Origin: Takakia lepidozioides
Taxonomy: Eukaryota > Plantae > Bryophyta
Direction of reading: 5' to 3'
Length of the DNA: 64,000 nt
NCBI GenBank assembly: GCA_030704615.1
Contig: CM060733.1
Span: 22,506,001 to 22,570,000, forward strand
Of this stretch, positions 13,076 to 26,748 are shown in pieces. The notes beneath the pieces are model-generated. The model was not told the origin of the DNA. It worked only from the letters and a program-made list of their open reading frames with translations, and did not search any database. The position numbers were made by a program, and so were the translations under genes. Within the stretch, counting starts at the first letter, position 1, and every line of letters begins with the position of its first letter.

Positions 13076-13519
13076 ATATCCCGCTACCAATGGGTTCAAT
13101 GCATACTCTTGTCACATTGGCAGTATCATGTCAAAGTCACTCCAACTAGATTCACTCAACCAGCTAACTTGCAGAATTGAACATGAAAATTTAGGGCCGA
13201 TTCTGATAAGAGGGGAAAATAGGGTGAAATGTGTTTCAGAAGGTGCCTTCATTAGCAGTGCTTGATTGTATCAATTGTGCTGCTGTTGCTGCGGCTTCCA
13301 ATTGACCATCTACCCATGCAGGTTTCTTGTATCTATCCTTCCACAGGGAATCATAGATAATCTGGAGCTTGAAATCTGGCCCTCTTCCACACTCTATCCC
13401 TGCTCCTTCAGCTATCTATGCCTCTGCACAAAATCATGCATACAACAATCATTCCAGCAAACACCCCAACCCTACTTATCAATGAGCAACGAGCTAACTT
13501 ACATAATTCAATATGCATC

Positions 13520-14430
13520 TCAAGGCCGAGTATGATGAGAGGGCAAAACAGGCTGAAATAGGTCGAAGAAGAACCCATGGAGGATTTGACCGACCATCAA
13601 CCCAAAAGGACCTCTTGTGTGTGCTGCTTGTGTCTTGTAGTCAGGTAATATCGGATTGGTCTGTGAGAACCAGCACGGTGCAGATGAGCAGGCAGAGATT
13701 GAAACACGGCCTGCTAAGACCAAGCTGACTCTCCCAAGAACCTTGAAACATCAGGAAGAATACCAAATCATGGTACTAACAGGAGCCAACAGCCCACATT
13801 TGCAGGATGGACAAACTTCTTCACATCGTACATTAAGGAAAAGCCACACCTTGCCATTGCGATTGTCGCACCATCGTGAAGGATCTTTAAAAATCTCATG
13901 CCAACTCTGCTCCGTGCTGCAAATGAAGGGCCGAGTCTGATGAGAGGGCAAAACAGGCTGAAATAGGTCGAAGAAGAAGGTGCCCTCACCACATTGTCCT
14001 CGACCTTGTGTCATGGCCCATGGAGGATTTGACTGACCATGAACCCAAGAGGACCTCTTCAGTGTGCTGCTTGTTTCTGTAGTCAGGTAATGTCGGATTG
14101 GTCAGTGAGAACCACCACGGTGCAGCTGAGTGGGCAGAGATTGAAACACGGCCTGCTAAGACCAAGCTAACTCTCCCAAGAACCTTGTAAACATCAGGAA
14201 AAATACCAAATCATGGTACTAACAGGAGCCAACAACCCACATTTGCAGGATGGACAAACTTCTTCACATCGTACATTAAGAAAAAGCCACACCTTGCGAT
14301 TGCGGTTGTCCCACCATCGTGAAGGATCTTTTAGAAACTCATGCCAGCTCTGCTCCGTGCTGTAAAATCAGGGCCGAGCGGGTAGAGATTGAAACACGGC
14401 CTGCTAAGACGAAGCTGACTCTCCCAAGAA
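13520..14430. repeat. Tandem ~400-bp duplication inside the CACTA element
   Basis: ~13525-13935 recurs at ~13930-14375 with a partial third copy. ~11030-11470, ~11480-12050 and ~13105-13445 are also mutually duplicated. Confidence 0.85.
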
Positions 14431-15367
14431 CGGCGGGCTCCCAGCCGAAACCTCCTCGCACACATACCGTAGCGTTTCTAGGATTGCTTGCTCCAAATGC
14501 GAAGGTTGATCCAACTGCGGGCCTCCCATGCATGTTTGCCCTCTCTCCCGCTCGCTCGCTCTAAGTCCCAACCCTCTCTCTCTCTCCCTCCCGCTCGCTC
14601 TAAGTCTGTTCACGCTACCGTGATGGGCAACTTTTTAAGTTTTTAAACCTTTTTGTAAACCCTAAAAGCCCCTTTTTGATTTTTTTTTCTTTTTTTCTTC
14701 TTTCTTAAAGGAAACCACAGGTCCTCGAGGAGGGGGAAAATTCACCCGCCTTCATTTATGGGCCATAAGACGTACAGGACGATCAACGCCCAGACATACT
14801 GTCACGAACAATCCCACACACGGGATAAGGCAGCGGGTTTGAACCCCAAACCACCAGGGCGACACACTGTGCACTTACCAGCCGATGTGTTTTTTTTTTT
14901 TTTTTTAAATTGCATTTTGTTAAAAAAAAAATTGATTCTAGTGGTCAGAGTCTCCGTTTTTTCAAAATATAAATACTCATATATTATATATATATAACCA
15001 GAAAAGCATGTGTTGACATGTGCAGTCATGTAGTGATTCATCCATGTGATGATCTGGCAGAATGCATTAGAGTGAGAGTCATGAAGTCATATGTCTTTCT
15101 AGCAATATACACACGTCATTCTAGTGTAGCCATGACCGTGACTGGTAGTCATATCTGCCATGCCAATATTCGTGGTCAAACATGTTTGACCTGTGTTCCG
15201 CAGAGTCCGGAGCCATGCAGTCGCATATACGCCTTCCCCAGACCTGCATTATGACTGCAAAAGCATTTTACGACTGCAAATGGCATTTCTGCCACAAATC
15301 TGTCATGACTGCGCACCCATGGGAGTCGTAAAAGCCGCAATCTGTTGTAGTGACGCTAGTTATAGCT

Positions 15368-15545
15368 GCGACCGTCAGCAGGGGTGGTCGCATCTTTTTT
15401 TCTTTTCTTTATTATGTGCGACCACCAGCAGGGGGGTGGTCGCAAAATTTTTATTTTTTTAATAGGTGCGACCACCAGCAGGGGGATGGTTGCAGATTTT
15501 TTTAATTTTTTAATGGGTGCAACCACCAGCAGGGGGTGGTCGCAA
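15368..15545. repeat. Four tandem hairpin units GCGACCACCAGCAGGGGGGTGGTCGC
   Basis: Visible directly, separated by T-rich spacers. Confidence 0.8.
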
Positions 15546-15879
15546 ATTTTTTTATTGTTGGTGATCCGTGACAAGAGTGAAGAGGTTGCCATAGAAGTAG
15601 TATCTGAAATGTGTCACTGCCCATACTGCAGCTAGACACCCCTTCATATGAGCTATATTTCGCCTCGGCCCTCGAACTTTAGAAGCTTGACAGCCTGCTA
15701 CAACTTCAAAGTGAGTATAATGTCAACGATGGTGTTCTCCAAAATAGATCTGTTCAGCGTTCAGAGAGTAGAGCGTTTAGTCATCGGAGAAACATTTTGC
15801 TGCGATTTGTGGACAAGTTTCCTCCTTTCAGACCCAGACAGCCACCAAGAAACAGACTCCCTCAGAAATCAATTGTTCG

Positions 15880-16310
15880 CACCAAACTGAATTCATCTCG
15901 AAGCTTTTCGAAGAGGGTCCGAACCAATGGCTTAGTAAGAATGTCCGCCAGTTGATCTATGGATGGAACATGATTGATTTTCAACTCTCCTCCTGTGACT
16001 TTTTCCCTAATAAAATGGTGACGGATTTCTATGTGCTTCGTTCTGTCGTGAAAGACTAGATTTTCTGACAGCTTGATTGCATTTTGATTGTCACACATCA
16101 TCTGCGTGGGTTCTTTCTCATCGACAAATTGTAGTTGTGAAAGAAGCCTTCTTAACCACAGCCTCCTTAGCACCACTAGTCAAAGCCATGTACTCAGCTT
16201 CTGTCGAAGACAGAGCCGTGCATGGCTGTTTCCTGCTTCCCCAAGAGATGAGACTTGAACCTAGCTTGAACAAATATCCTATGGTGGACTTCCAATCATT
16301 AAGGTCTTTA
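15880..16310 (-). mobile_element. Ty1/copia RT-RNase H fragment
   Basis: Motifs CDNQNAIKL...FHDRTKHIEIRHHFIRE...QLADILTKPL. Confidence 0.92.
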
Positions 16311-16519
16311 GCTTTAGCCTTAGTCTAAGACTTTAGTTCTTGTGAATCTTGTCCTTGCTATCAATTCTTTGCAAAGGGATACATAGTGGTATTCCAAGAT
16401 GAGAGTTATACTATCACAGATAGCTCATTGGAAGTTGTGGTAGCAAGAGCTATTTTGTATAATTGTTTTTATAGATGACAACATCATGTCTCTAGTGCTC
16501 TTACCTCATCTTCACCACA

Positions 16520-17160
16520 GTTGAGATCTACACCTGTCATATCAGAAACAGACTTGTGGCATAAAAGATTAGGTCATGTGAGCATTAAGAAGTTGAGACA
16601 AATGCAACTCTCAAGCCATCGTGAGGAAGGACTACCATTGAAGGAGATGAGTAATATACGTCTATGCAAAGGTTGTATGAAAGGGAAGCAACATCGAGGT
16701 CAATTTCTTAAAGAAGGTGGCCGAAGAACCACAAATATATTGGAGATTGTACATTCAGATGTGTGCAGGCCAATGCAAATAACATCCCTTGGAGAGCAAG
16801 GTACTTTGTGACATTCATTGATGATTTATCAAGGAAGGTTGTGGGGAATTTCCTAAGGCAGAAAAGTCAAGTGCTTAGAGAAATTCAAAGAGTTCAAAGT
16901 ATTTGCAGAAAAATAAACTGGAAAGCCTCTTAAGAAAAAGAAAAAAGAAAAAAGTATGACTCCTCTCCAAGGAAGCGTAACTTATGGAGTCACTTCACCC
17001 CAAAGGGCTACTGCCTTCCGCTAGGCATCTTAAGATTTTGAGATCTGGCAATGGTGGTGAATACATCTCAAAGGCTTTCAATCAGTTTTTTCAAGAGAAT
17101 GGAATAGCTCGACAGTTTACAATTGGCTATACAGAAGATGTGAAGGGATATAAGTTGTTC
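16520..17160 (+). mobile_element. Ty1/copia GAG-pre-integrase and integrase fragment
   Basis: Motifs LWHKRLGH, CKGCMKGKQ, IVHSDVC and LRSGNGGEY. Confidence 0.88.
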
Positions 17161-17169
17161 AATGTGGGA

Positions 17170-17825
17170 AGGATTGTTTGTACCAATGGCAGTTCTTACC
17201 GTTTGGGTTGAAGAATACTCCTGTAGAGTTTCAGAGGGTCATGGATAGGATTCTCGCGGGGCTAGATCTCGTTCGGTGCTACATTGATGACGTCGTCGTC
17301 TTTAATGCTAAGTCGAGGAGCATGAGAGACATCTTCAGGTGGTGTTTGAGAGCTTGAGAGTGCATGTGTTGAAACTGCACCCCGGAAAGTACAAGTTTTT
17401 CCACAACCAGATTGAGTATCTGGGCCATATGATATACCCTGGAGGATTGGGTGTTCAACAGACAAAGGTGGAGGCCATTGCATGCATACCATGTCCCACA
17501 GATGTGAGGAGAATTCGTGCTTTCATGGGGTTGGCAAACTACTATCGATGGTTTGTCAAGGAATTTAGCAGCATTGCAAAGGCTCTTACCAAGTTGACCA
17601 AGGTGGGTCAGGAGTGGCAGTAGGAGGACGAGCAGGAGGAAGCCTTTGAGGAGCTCAAGGCTCGATTGACTTCTGCACCTATTCTGAGGCGGCCTATTCG
17701 TGGGCGGCCTTTCCAGCTACATACGGATTGAAGTATACTGGGGATTGGAGCACTGCTCACACAGGTGGCATGGATGATGAGGGAAAAGAGTTCGTAGTGG
17801 CATACGCTAGCCGCTCGAACAATGT
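17170..17825 (+). mobile_element. Ty3/gypsy RT-RNase H fragment
   Basis: Motifs LPFGLKN..EFQRVMD...CYIDDVVV, IEYLGH, FMGLANYY and VAYASR; disrupted. Confidence 0.9.
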
Positions 17826-19508
17826 TGGAGATGGAGATTCATAACATGGTCAAGTAGGATTAACTCTTAGATACTACTACTAGGTTTAATATTTAGCACG
17901 TAAGTTAGCAGATACACAGAGAAGCCACCCTGCGTAGTGGTGAGCCCAGTGAAGCTTAGCGATCTATGATGACCACCACGCTTCGTTGCTGTCCCACTCT
18001 TTGCTGTCCCACTCTCTGCAGGCTTGACCATCCAAGGGAGAACTTGGACTTCCCTACAGAGCTGTTTAGAGCTTAAGTATATAGTGAGCTCTTAGAAAGT
18101 TGGAAGTCAGACCTTTTTGACAGTAAGCTTTCCTTACTTGATCCACTTTATTCAGCACTTTGTGGTTCTCAAAAAGGAAGAAACATCCGACAGCTCCTAG
18201 GTATGTTGCTTTATCAAACAATAATCACACTCAGGGTGATTGGCGCTCTAGGTTCTTTATCCTATCAAAATTAAAAGCATTCATGAATTCTTCTAGAGAC
18301 CCTGCTAAAGCGCCCCCTTCTCTTTTCTTTTTCTTTTGGCCAGCTGATGAAAGGGGCTCATTAAAGCATATTCCATTTTTCATTCTAGAAAGAAAGCGAT
18401 ATGCCAACCGGGGCATGGGATCTATGGTTTTCTTGCTGGTTGACTTGTGAAGAGACTCAACTAGCAAAGCACTGCAGAACTTGATGGTACTTTGCCACGG
18501 TCCAGCTAGATCTCAGGTAGTTTGTGGTTCAAATTAAGATGTAACCCCTTAGATGGGCTCTGAGATATAAGTTACGAGCTAAATCAGTTAGACTACTGCT
18601 GTCCCTCTTTTCTGAAATAATCCGGTCGCCCCGTTCTCTTTTTCTTTCAAGTTGTATATAGTCCAAGTCATTTGTTTCCTCAGATCTATACCAACCTATC
18701 AGATCTGGAAAAAGAAATCTCTCTTTACACAAGCATCAATCTGCTGTGTGTGGTTTGCCCAATAACTAGGCCCCAAAAGGGCCTGGGCTTTTGGCTCAGC
18801 CTCGAGACATTCGAAGTTGGTAAACAGAGGTACAGGCACAACTTCCTTGATGGATTTGAAGAGGACGTACTGTCTCTGGTGGGCTCTGGTGAGAGTACCG
18901 GCCAGGACAATGACTTAAGAAGCGAATATTGTTTTCAGGTTGCCGACTCAACGGATTTGCAATCCCCCTTTCCTCTCTGCTTCTCTGTGCCGTTACATTT
19001 CTCATGTACGTAAAGTGATGTAAAAATAGGTGCACTTCGTTTCTTGCAGGCGGAAGATGTATGAAAATGTAGATGAGCTCTCTCGCAGGAGAATTTTAAG
19101 CATTACAAATGTATGTACATATCGGACCCATAGTCCAAGTGGTGTTCGCAGCCTGATTTCAAGCAAACCTTCAATATACCCATGCATCTTGTCACATTTA
19201 TACACATGGTGCCATAGCCAGGGTTGATCCCAGGTAGGTTCAATCCTGCAATGTTCCAACCATCTGCTCTTTGTGCTGTGCATTGAGCAGTAGGTTCTGC
19301 AAATTCCTTATCCGTTTGTCCGTTTATCATAAATTATGGTGGCGATAACCATCCAAATCACTTTCTCCCAATGGAGGGAAATACTAGGCCTATCTAGAAT
19401 GATGTGCGCAACAGCCGGTGTAAATAAAAGCATCAGAAGGCGGCTCAGATATACTAATCTTCAGAAGGGCCTCCTCTGTATGCAGTAGAGGGCTTGGAAC
19501 TTCTGCAC

Positions 19509-22500
19509 TCAGTACTGTTCGCTCCTTGGTCGCCAGCAGGTGCGCCCTCGGACAATTTCGGCATTCTCTCCCTGAGTGCGAAGTAAATGAGTAAATTGGT
19601 TACGAGTCTCCACCGCCATTCCAGACCTTCCGAGCTCGGAGGTGATACCCTCGTCTGCAGGACTTCCTTTCATGTTCAAATGCTCTCGAGAGCAAGCATT
19701 TCCGTTTGTGTTTGCCTGCGCAGTTTGTGGCGCAGTGTCTGTTGCCTCGGGTCTTGTGAGGGACTCCACAACGTCAGAGCTGGTGCATTCCCGTCGGTAT
19801 TCCAGCGTCAGGCTAGTCAGTTGATGAGTCTCAAAGTTTCGTGGCGGAACACTCTGCAACATTACCCCGTTGCAACTTTAGCATCTTGAAGATAGAGGTC
19901 TATCATCTTTGGGACTAGTAAAAGACCGAATCCAAGTGCGAACTATACTAAAAAACTTCCTCGTGGAAAAGTTGATTGGAGCGATTTCTTTTGTTCCTGT
20001 GGAAAGCAGATTCCGTTTGTTCAAATTGTACCTGTAGTACCCAGCCGATGTACTTGAGGTTGCTCACATGTTGATTTACGTCCAAATCTCCTCTGCAAGA
20101 CTGCAGCCCAACAAAATACACCATAAGACCCGCGTTCTATGTACACCTGATATAAACATTTGCTTAGTTTGAAGGAATTGCACTAGAAACATCACCATGA
20201 GTTTAGAATCACTGCAGTTAGAAGGCAAGGATAGAAGGCAAGGACAGGTCCATTGTCTATCAATGAGAGCTCGACGTATGACGCCCCCAGTGACATTGGA
20301 GGTTAGGTGTAGTCTGACAGGAACTTACAGTGAGGTTAGAGCTTTTGAATTCGGCTGTGTCGTCAGTCAGTTTGACAATCTTCGGGCAAATTTGAGACGG
20401 AAGGAAAGCCGAGCGGGTCTCAATGAAGCATGGTTCAATCTCCGCTCTAACTTCGTCAGGAATCTTGGAGAGGCGTCGGGTGTCTTCATGCATCATCACC
20501 CAGGTACTGCACAATCCATACAACCAAACAGCCTAATATGAGTCTTAGATTAATTAATTTATATAGAGTTTGAATCACAGGTACTAAGCAATACCAGTTA
20601 ACTTCTATACATACGACAATTTTGTTTTGCACTTTACATGCTAAAGTAGCTAAGTTGCAAGTTTTACTTGGAAGTAGAAAAAATCGTGAACGTCATGTAC
20701 CTGGTTGCACGAGCAAGGACCTCGCCGGTTTGATAGCTCCGCATCACCCAGTCGCGTCGCATTCCATTTTTGCCAGCGCTCGCAACCCATGTGTCTATCT
20801 CCACTACTTCAGGCCTGCACGACAAACATAGAGCAGTAGGCTTAGCTACCAGTGTCCACTTTTCCACTTTTCCATAGAGAAGTCACTCCTTCTCTTGCAT
20901 GAGGTAAATCAAGCTACAACAGCGCAATATCCAGAGGGCCCGGGCTGGAAACAGAAAGGGACGGCCTGCATCCCATGACCGACCTAGGAGGTGGGTAAAG
21001 GGGTCTGTCTCTTCATGACAACCTCCACAACCGCTGGATGGACAGGGGCCCTCCACCTCTCAATCAAAACGAACACGCTTCTCAGACAATAAGACAGTCG
21101 AATCATTTGGTTAGCCTCGTGGCCAGATCTCGACTGCAAATACCAACTGCAGTACCGTACCACTGACGGGGCCCGGAGGTTCATTCCACCGTCGTTCTCT
21201 ATTTTACTACAGTCGTACTCCACACAGCTTCGGAGTTATTAACTTCTGGCAGAAAATGTGTGAGCCGAATATCTCGACAACATTGGGCACGAAGATCAAT
21301 GCATGGAGTTACCACCCATTCCGCAGGAGGGCATGCATAAAATACTCGGTAATGGCGCCCGATTACCATACGTGATTGGTTGTAAGTGACGTCAGGATTC
21401 AGGAGAATAATTAAGGAAAATAATATACCCCATAATGGAATTACGTTGGGCCAAGCGACTACTGTGGCCGCTAAGTTCTAGGTGTCTGTAGGCAGGTTCA
21501 CACGGCAAAAATCCGTCCGTCCCATCCGGACGTGGCGGCTGCAGCGGGTGTGGCGGGCCGGGGTCCACCCTTGAGGAACGCGATGGCGAGGAAGGGACGG
21601 ACGGCCTGGCCACTGTAGGTACTTCCCGCTGTCCGTCGCTGTCCGTCCCATCCCTCATTCCTTCTCCCTGGCTATCGTGGCTAAAACATGTGTGTAGGGT
21701 TTAGCCCGAGGGCTCTTTATGAGAGCTTCTCTTGCTAAACTTATATGTTGCGTCACGTGTGTACTATCGCGTGTGAACATGTTGCACCGTCAGTCCCGTC
21801 CGTCCCCCCTCCACACTTGCGGAGGGCCCACCACTATGGCTAGATGGGACGGACGGATTTTTGCCGTGTGAACCTGCCTTGTGGCAGGTGCTACGGAGAG
21901 ATTCAAAGCTGGCTGTATCAACGCAAGAAGAGGACGAACACGTTGTACACGGCCCTGACAATGGGGTTCACGTCGATCTTAAGGTGACTGCTGGTAACTA
22001 AGTTAGAGCAACTGTGCGTAGACCATCATCGCGTCATTCAAAACAAATGAAGACACAATGGAAGCTTACCAGGCAGGGTACCTCTCGACTTCCACATGCA
22101 TTTTTGTCACCACCCAGATTAGTCGGCAACGATTCATAGCGCGTGTTGCTCCAAAGCCATCCCCGCTTATACCTAATAGTGACACGTGACAAAGTGCCAT
22201 TTCCTGCAGATCAACGCTACAACTATGAGCCCACTTCGATCCATCTCTAAGGACTTTGACAGGGTCATTTTGAGGAACAAAAATTGATTGTGCAGAGATT
22301 TCTTTTCCTTCTTGTAATACTAGATCAGAAGCTAGTTTTTCAAAATGAATTGGAGATGTATGCAATCTAGATGTTCGGGAGGCGTATCACAATCAAGAGT
22401 TGCCTGGGCGAACTCGTACAAATTTACGGCCTAGACACTGAGCAGTCAGGCTGCCCCATGTGGAATTGTAACTCAGACCTGTGTCTCACCTGTGTAAGTT

Positions 22501-23128
22501 CAATGTGAAAATTAAGGCTGACCTTCTATTGCACAATCGAAACGGTCTACATGTCAGGAAGAACGAGCATGTCTGAGAGGTTATCACTCACTTGAAATAG
22601 ACTAAACAAAGTCTCAATCGACGTTGCCTTGTCTGAGCCCACTTCATAAGACCGAATTACAAATATCTGTCTGTACATCAAGCAAGCCTCCACGAAACCT
22701 CCTTGGCGCAATTTATGCAAGGGGACCATCTCTTTTCTTCTTCTCTCTGTTTCCTCCAAGCTTCTTGGCTTCTGGTGTTTAGCGCCTTGAGATGTGAGAA
22801 CCTCGCCCAAGGTGGCCGAGAAGCCTGAAGACCGTCCTGCATGAAGAGGAGCAGAACTGCTCCCTGTACCGAACCAACCCTTGGCGGAAGTCAAGTCATC
22901 GGAAAGCCTTCCAAATTCCCACAAGGAATTTTCATTCAGCTCTGTTGGTTCCAATAGAGTTGCATGGATGCCTTGATATTTTTGTTTGGAGGAGGATGAC
23001 CATGTTGATGTGGGTGTCCCCGAAAACGGTAGCGACTGTTGGACTTCTGAGGAAGCCAACTTCCTCACCGGTGTTGTGATTCCAGAAACTGATTTCCACG
23101 AAACTATTGAGTTCAACAGAGCCTCCAT
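19509..23128 (-). CDS. Plastid acyl-ACP thioesterase (FatA/FatB family), 6 exons
   Basis: Exons 23128-22592, 22203-22070, 20814-20701, 20506-20329, 20100-20032 and 19853-19509 with GT-AG introns. Motifs YRQIFVIRSYEVG, LIWVVTKMHVEVERYPAW, GKNGMRRDW, DLDVNQHVSN and LEYRREC. Ser-rich transit-like N-terminus; start codon inferred. Confidence 0.93.
21490..21879. mobile_element. MITE in intron 2 of the thioesterase
   Basis: ~37-bp perfect TIR AGGCAGGTTCACACGGCAAAAATCCGTCCGTCCCATC; possible 3-bp TSD TGT. Confidence 0.85.
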
Positions 23129-23375
23129 GGCAATATAATCAGCAGGAGAATATAATCGGCCGCCTTGGATTCTTTGAATTGAAGCTTGAACTCGTACAGA
23201 GCTCTCTATCTGTCTCAATGACTTGAAGTGTGCAAGTTTTGCAAATCCGTTGAATCCCAGTTTCACTCCTATACTCTACTCTTTCGCTCTTTCAATTCTC
23301 TACAGCTCAATCGCTCCCTGTGTATCTGAGAACGGGATCAAGATACAGCGCCTCCAATGCTATTTCTAGGCAGCT

Positions 23376-23377
<2 letters not shown>

Positions 23378-23410
<33 letters not shown>
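23378..23410. repeat. (CT/GA)n microsatellite upstream of the thioesterase
   Basis: Visible directly. Confidence 0.9.
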
Positions 23411-23415
<5 letters not shown>

Positions 23416-26400
23416 GACTGTACTCGACCTCTAACTCTCCTTGCTTGCTGTAAAGCCTGTGTATATTATGTCTCTGATGGAGTGGCTGTACTAGCAGCTG
23501 GACGTCTCTGCTTTTGCTTCTGCGGATGTTCTCAACTATGGATGCAAGGAGAGCAGGACCGTTATGTAGGCGCAAGCCGTTGACGTGAGTCGTCTTCCAA
23601 CTAACACGCTTGTTCAACACCCGACCCACCCCTCCCACTTTGCGTTTACTTCCACACAAGGCACTCGCTCCAGACATCCGACCGGGTGATCACAGGGTCT
23701 ATGACCATTTGGCAAGCGCGAAAAGTTTGCGGGACCCGGGGAGATGCCGGGAGCAGTTGGGGCAGTAATGGCAGGCTTTGACATGCTGACGAAAGTCGTC
23801 GACAGTAGTCAACACGGACGACCTCTCTTCTCTTTTTGCCCCCCTCAACCCCACACTTCCGAGCAGCTCCTCCCTTCTACTTACTCGGTGTGAAAATGCT
23901 TCCGCTCCCAACACCACGCCGCCTCGCCGCCACCCTCCGCGATTCCGGGCTGCTACAGTCGAAGGGATCACAACACTGCCCTCTATCACTATTACAACAT
24001 TCATAAAACATTGCAGGAGCTACATGTGGCTGAGTGGTACTGCCATGGAAGCTACAATGTTCGGCTTAGCTTGGTGGGTATTGTGAACCTCCAGAAAGGA
24101 AATGATTACCTTCCTGCAGGTTGTGTTTTATTGTTTGTCGACTGATTCGGTTAGTTAAGTCCCTAATTGTAGAAGTAACCTTAATAAAAATGTTTTATCT
24201 GGACAGCACCTACCAATACAGGTAGTGTATGGGCTGGCTTCATCTCGCCTCTGGGCACTCTTGACCCATCCTCTGTCCCGTTGTCTTACCTTCTTCAGGC
24301 AGTAGCTGATACTTATTAGAGTAGTTTGATTTCCTATTGTTAATATATCTAGCTCTATGAGATTTTGTTTTTCTTCTTGGGGACAGTTTTACAGTCACCC
24401 CATTTGGGTCTTTTTTTAGATCTATGCGGTTGAGCTTATGTTGGAACTAATGTAAACTTCAATTATTTTCTAGAGGTAGTTTCATATATATCAGAAAATG
24501 GGAGTTGATTTTCTAGCAAAGAGGAGAAAACAGGGGCGTGACACAAACTTAGGCATGCCGTTTATGTAGATAGGAGATAAATTTGAAATTTGAAACTAAA
24601 TTTTAATGTCTTTATGCATAATCTTTTTATTTGGTTATAAGTTTGACACCCAACCCTCGTGCTGAATTTTTATTGGATGAATTTATTTATTTATTTTATA
24701 TATTAGTATTTTTCTAATTTAATATGTATTCAAGAATATCAATGAAAACTTATTTAATAATATCAAATAATATTTACATTCATCCATCAATGGACGCAGT
24801 GGCTGATGCTCAGTGTTTTGTTTTTCACTTTTCCAAAATCGTTGGCAGGGCGACATGTAGATTCTACCCAACGCCCATGTGGCGAGAATAACGAGGTGAC
24901 AGAGCTGGAAAAGAGGCTGTATTCCAGGTCGAAATCTGGCGATTATTCGCCAGAAAAAAAAACACTGCTGATGCTCGGGCCACACAGGACGGTGCCACAC
25001 TACCTCTACGCTAGGCATTCCTGGCTGGCACCGTTTGGATGGAAGAGATGTGGCCTAGAGCCGACGGCTTAGATCCACCTAGGAGATTCACAGGCACTTT
25101 TCATTCCTTATCCTTTTTCGTGGACTACTTGCATTGGCTGCGCAATGTTCACCTCCATAACGCAAAGCCCTCTGCAGAACGCAGCTCCTATAACGCAGGA
25201 GGTCGGCGCAAAACGTTGTCAGATCGTCCCTAGGCTAGCGCCACTGCGTCCGGGCAACCGAGTTCTCCAACGCGAGGGGAACTGCGTTATGCAGCCGAAC
25301 ACACGGGTAGCGCGCACTAGATCAGGGACGTCCACGCGTCCCATGTCATTTTCAAGTCTGTTGTGTGCCGTTGGATTATCCAGCGTTGTGGGCCGTTGGA
25401 TTACACGGGATCTCAATCACTCCTAGTTTGCCACCTACTCAATGCATTGGGGACGGCAGGCAATGTGGCCGTAACGCAGCCGCCGTCGATCAACTTCGCG
25501 GGGCCTCCGTTCAGCTGCGAACGGGGCCTTTGCCCTGTGGCCCGGCTATCACGTGAATGCGGGCCCTGGCCGGCGCCTTACATTTGTGACCAGCCTACAA
25601 CCTGGCGGGGGTGCTTACACAAATGTAACCGCCCTAGGGTGCTGACACAGATATAAATTAAGCTATAGAGAAAAGAAACGTTCTCTCGGTGCTTCACGCA
25701 CGGTAAGGTAACTTGGGCATTCCACGTCGTTCCTCATAAGGAACCTGTGCCCATCTGCAGATCTAAGGTCAACGGATCCACTCCAGACATCTACATTCAT
25801 GTAGCAACGGAACCCCATACGGAACATGTGCCCAGGAGTGGGGCACTCAAGATATGAGGTCATTCCATACGAACGCCAACAAAAACCCCTTGGAGCCCAA
25901 GAGCATAAGAAGAACCGCCCGCGGGCCCCGGCCAACAACCACGTGGGAGACTTTCAACTTTAACTTTTCCTGTTGTTTCTTTTTTTAACTAGGACCTCCG
26001 AGATTTGAAGCATTGAATGCTGGATCAATAAAATAAAATAAAATAAAATAATGGATATATGTATTTAATAATACCTCTAGAAACTGTAAACGTATGTGGT
26101 GCCAAATCAAACTAACACCATAAGCTTCCTGATGTCATGATGCTAGTGGATCAAGCAAACTAGGACAAGGGACAAAGGAGCCCACCGCAGGTGCCAAGGG
26201 GCCCGGGCAGACGGACGACGATGTCAAGCAAGGACTGAAATGTGCAGAGGGAGGAAATTATTGATATGGGATATCATTGTTGCGGGACACTGCGAAATTA
26301 TTGCTATTGGAAATATGGGGCCGTGAGGTGTCCTATAGGCACCAGTGTCCCGGGACGTCCCCCATGTCCCACTTGTCGATTTCTAGTTTTGATGAGGGCT

Positions 26401-26748
26401 ATATCTGCTGAAGCCCGCAGCCCACCAGGGGGTTTGATGGCATTGACGCACGATGACAGCATCATGGCAAGCGCTGCATGATCAACGAGGCACGAGGCCT
26501 TCCAAAATCACTCTATCTTTGTTGATTTGGTCTGGGTTATTTTTTCTAATATATGTCCAGGGCCTCCATCCCCTGTTTTCGGGGAAAAAAAGAAAAAAAT
26601 ATTATGTGGTGGCGGGAGGAGAGGGACAAACTAAATGGGTATTGCTCACAAGCTGTGATGGGGGAAGGAAAGTGGAAAAAACGTACATTTTTGTTTGTGC
26701 CATGGTATGGACATAACATCACTACTTGTTCTCAACCTCGGTCTTTAC

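Larger units (their letters stand above)
10425..15352. mobile_element. Non-autonomous CACTA (En/Spm) element with captured gene fragments
   Basis: TIRs CACTACAACAAATTGCGGCTTTTACG (10425) and CGTAAAAGCCGCAATCTGTTGTAGTG (to 15352); 3-bp TSD ACG on both sides; CATGAC-type subterminal repeats; no transposase. Confidence 0.92.

Noticed and set aside
23366-26700. Short ORFs upstream of the thioesterase (and at 18.1-19.3 kb)
   Set aside because: No recognisable motifs or supportable exon structure.
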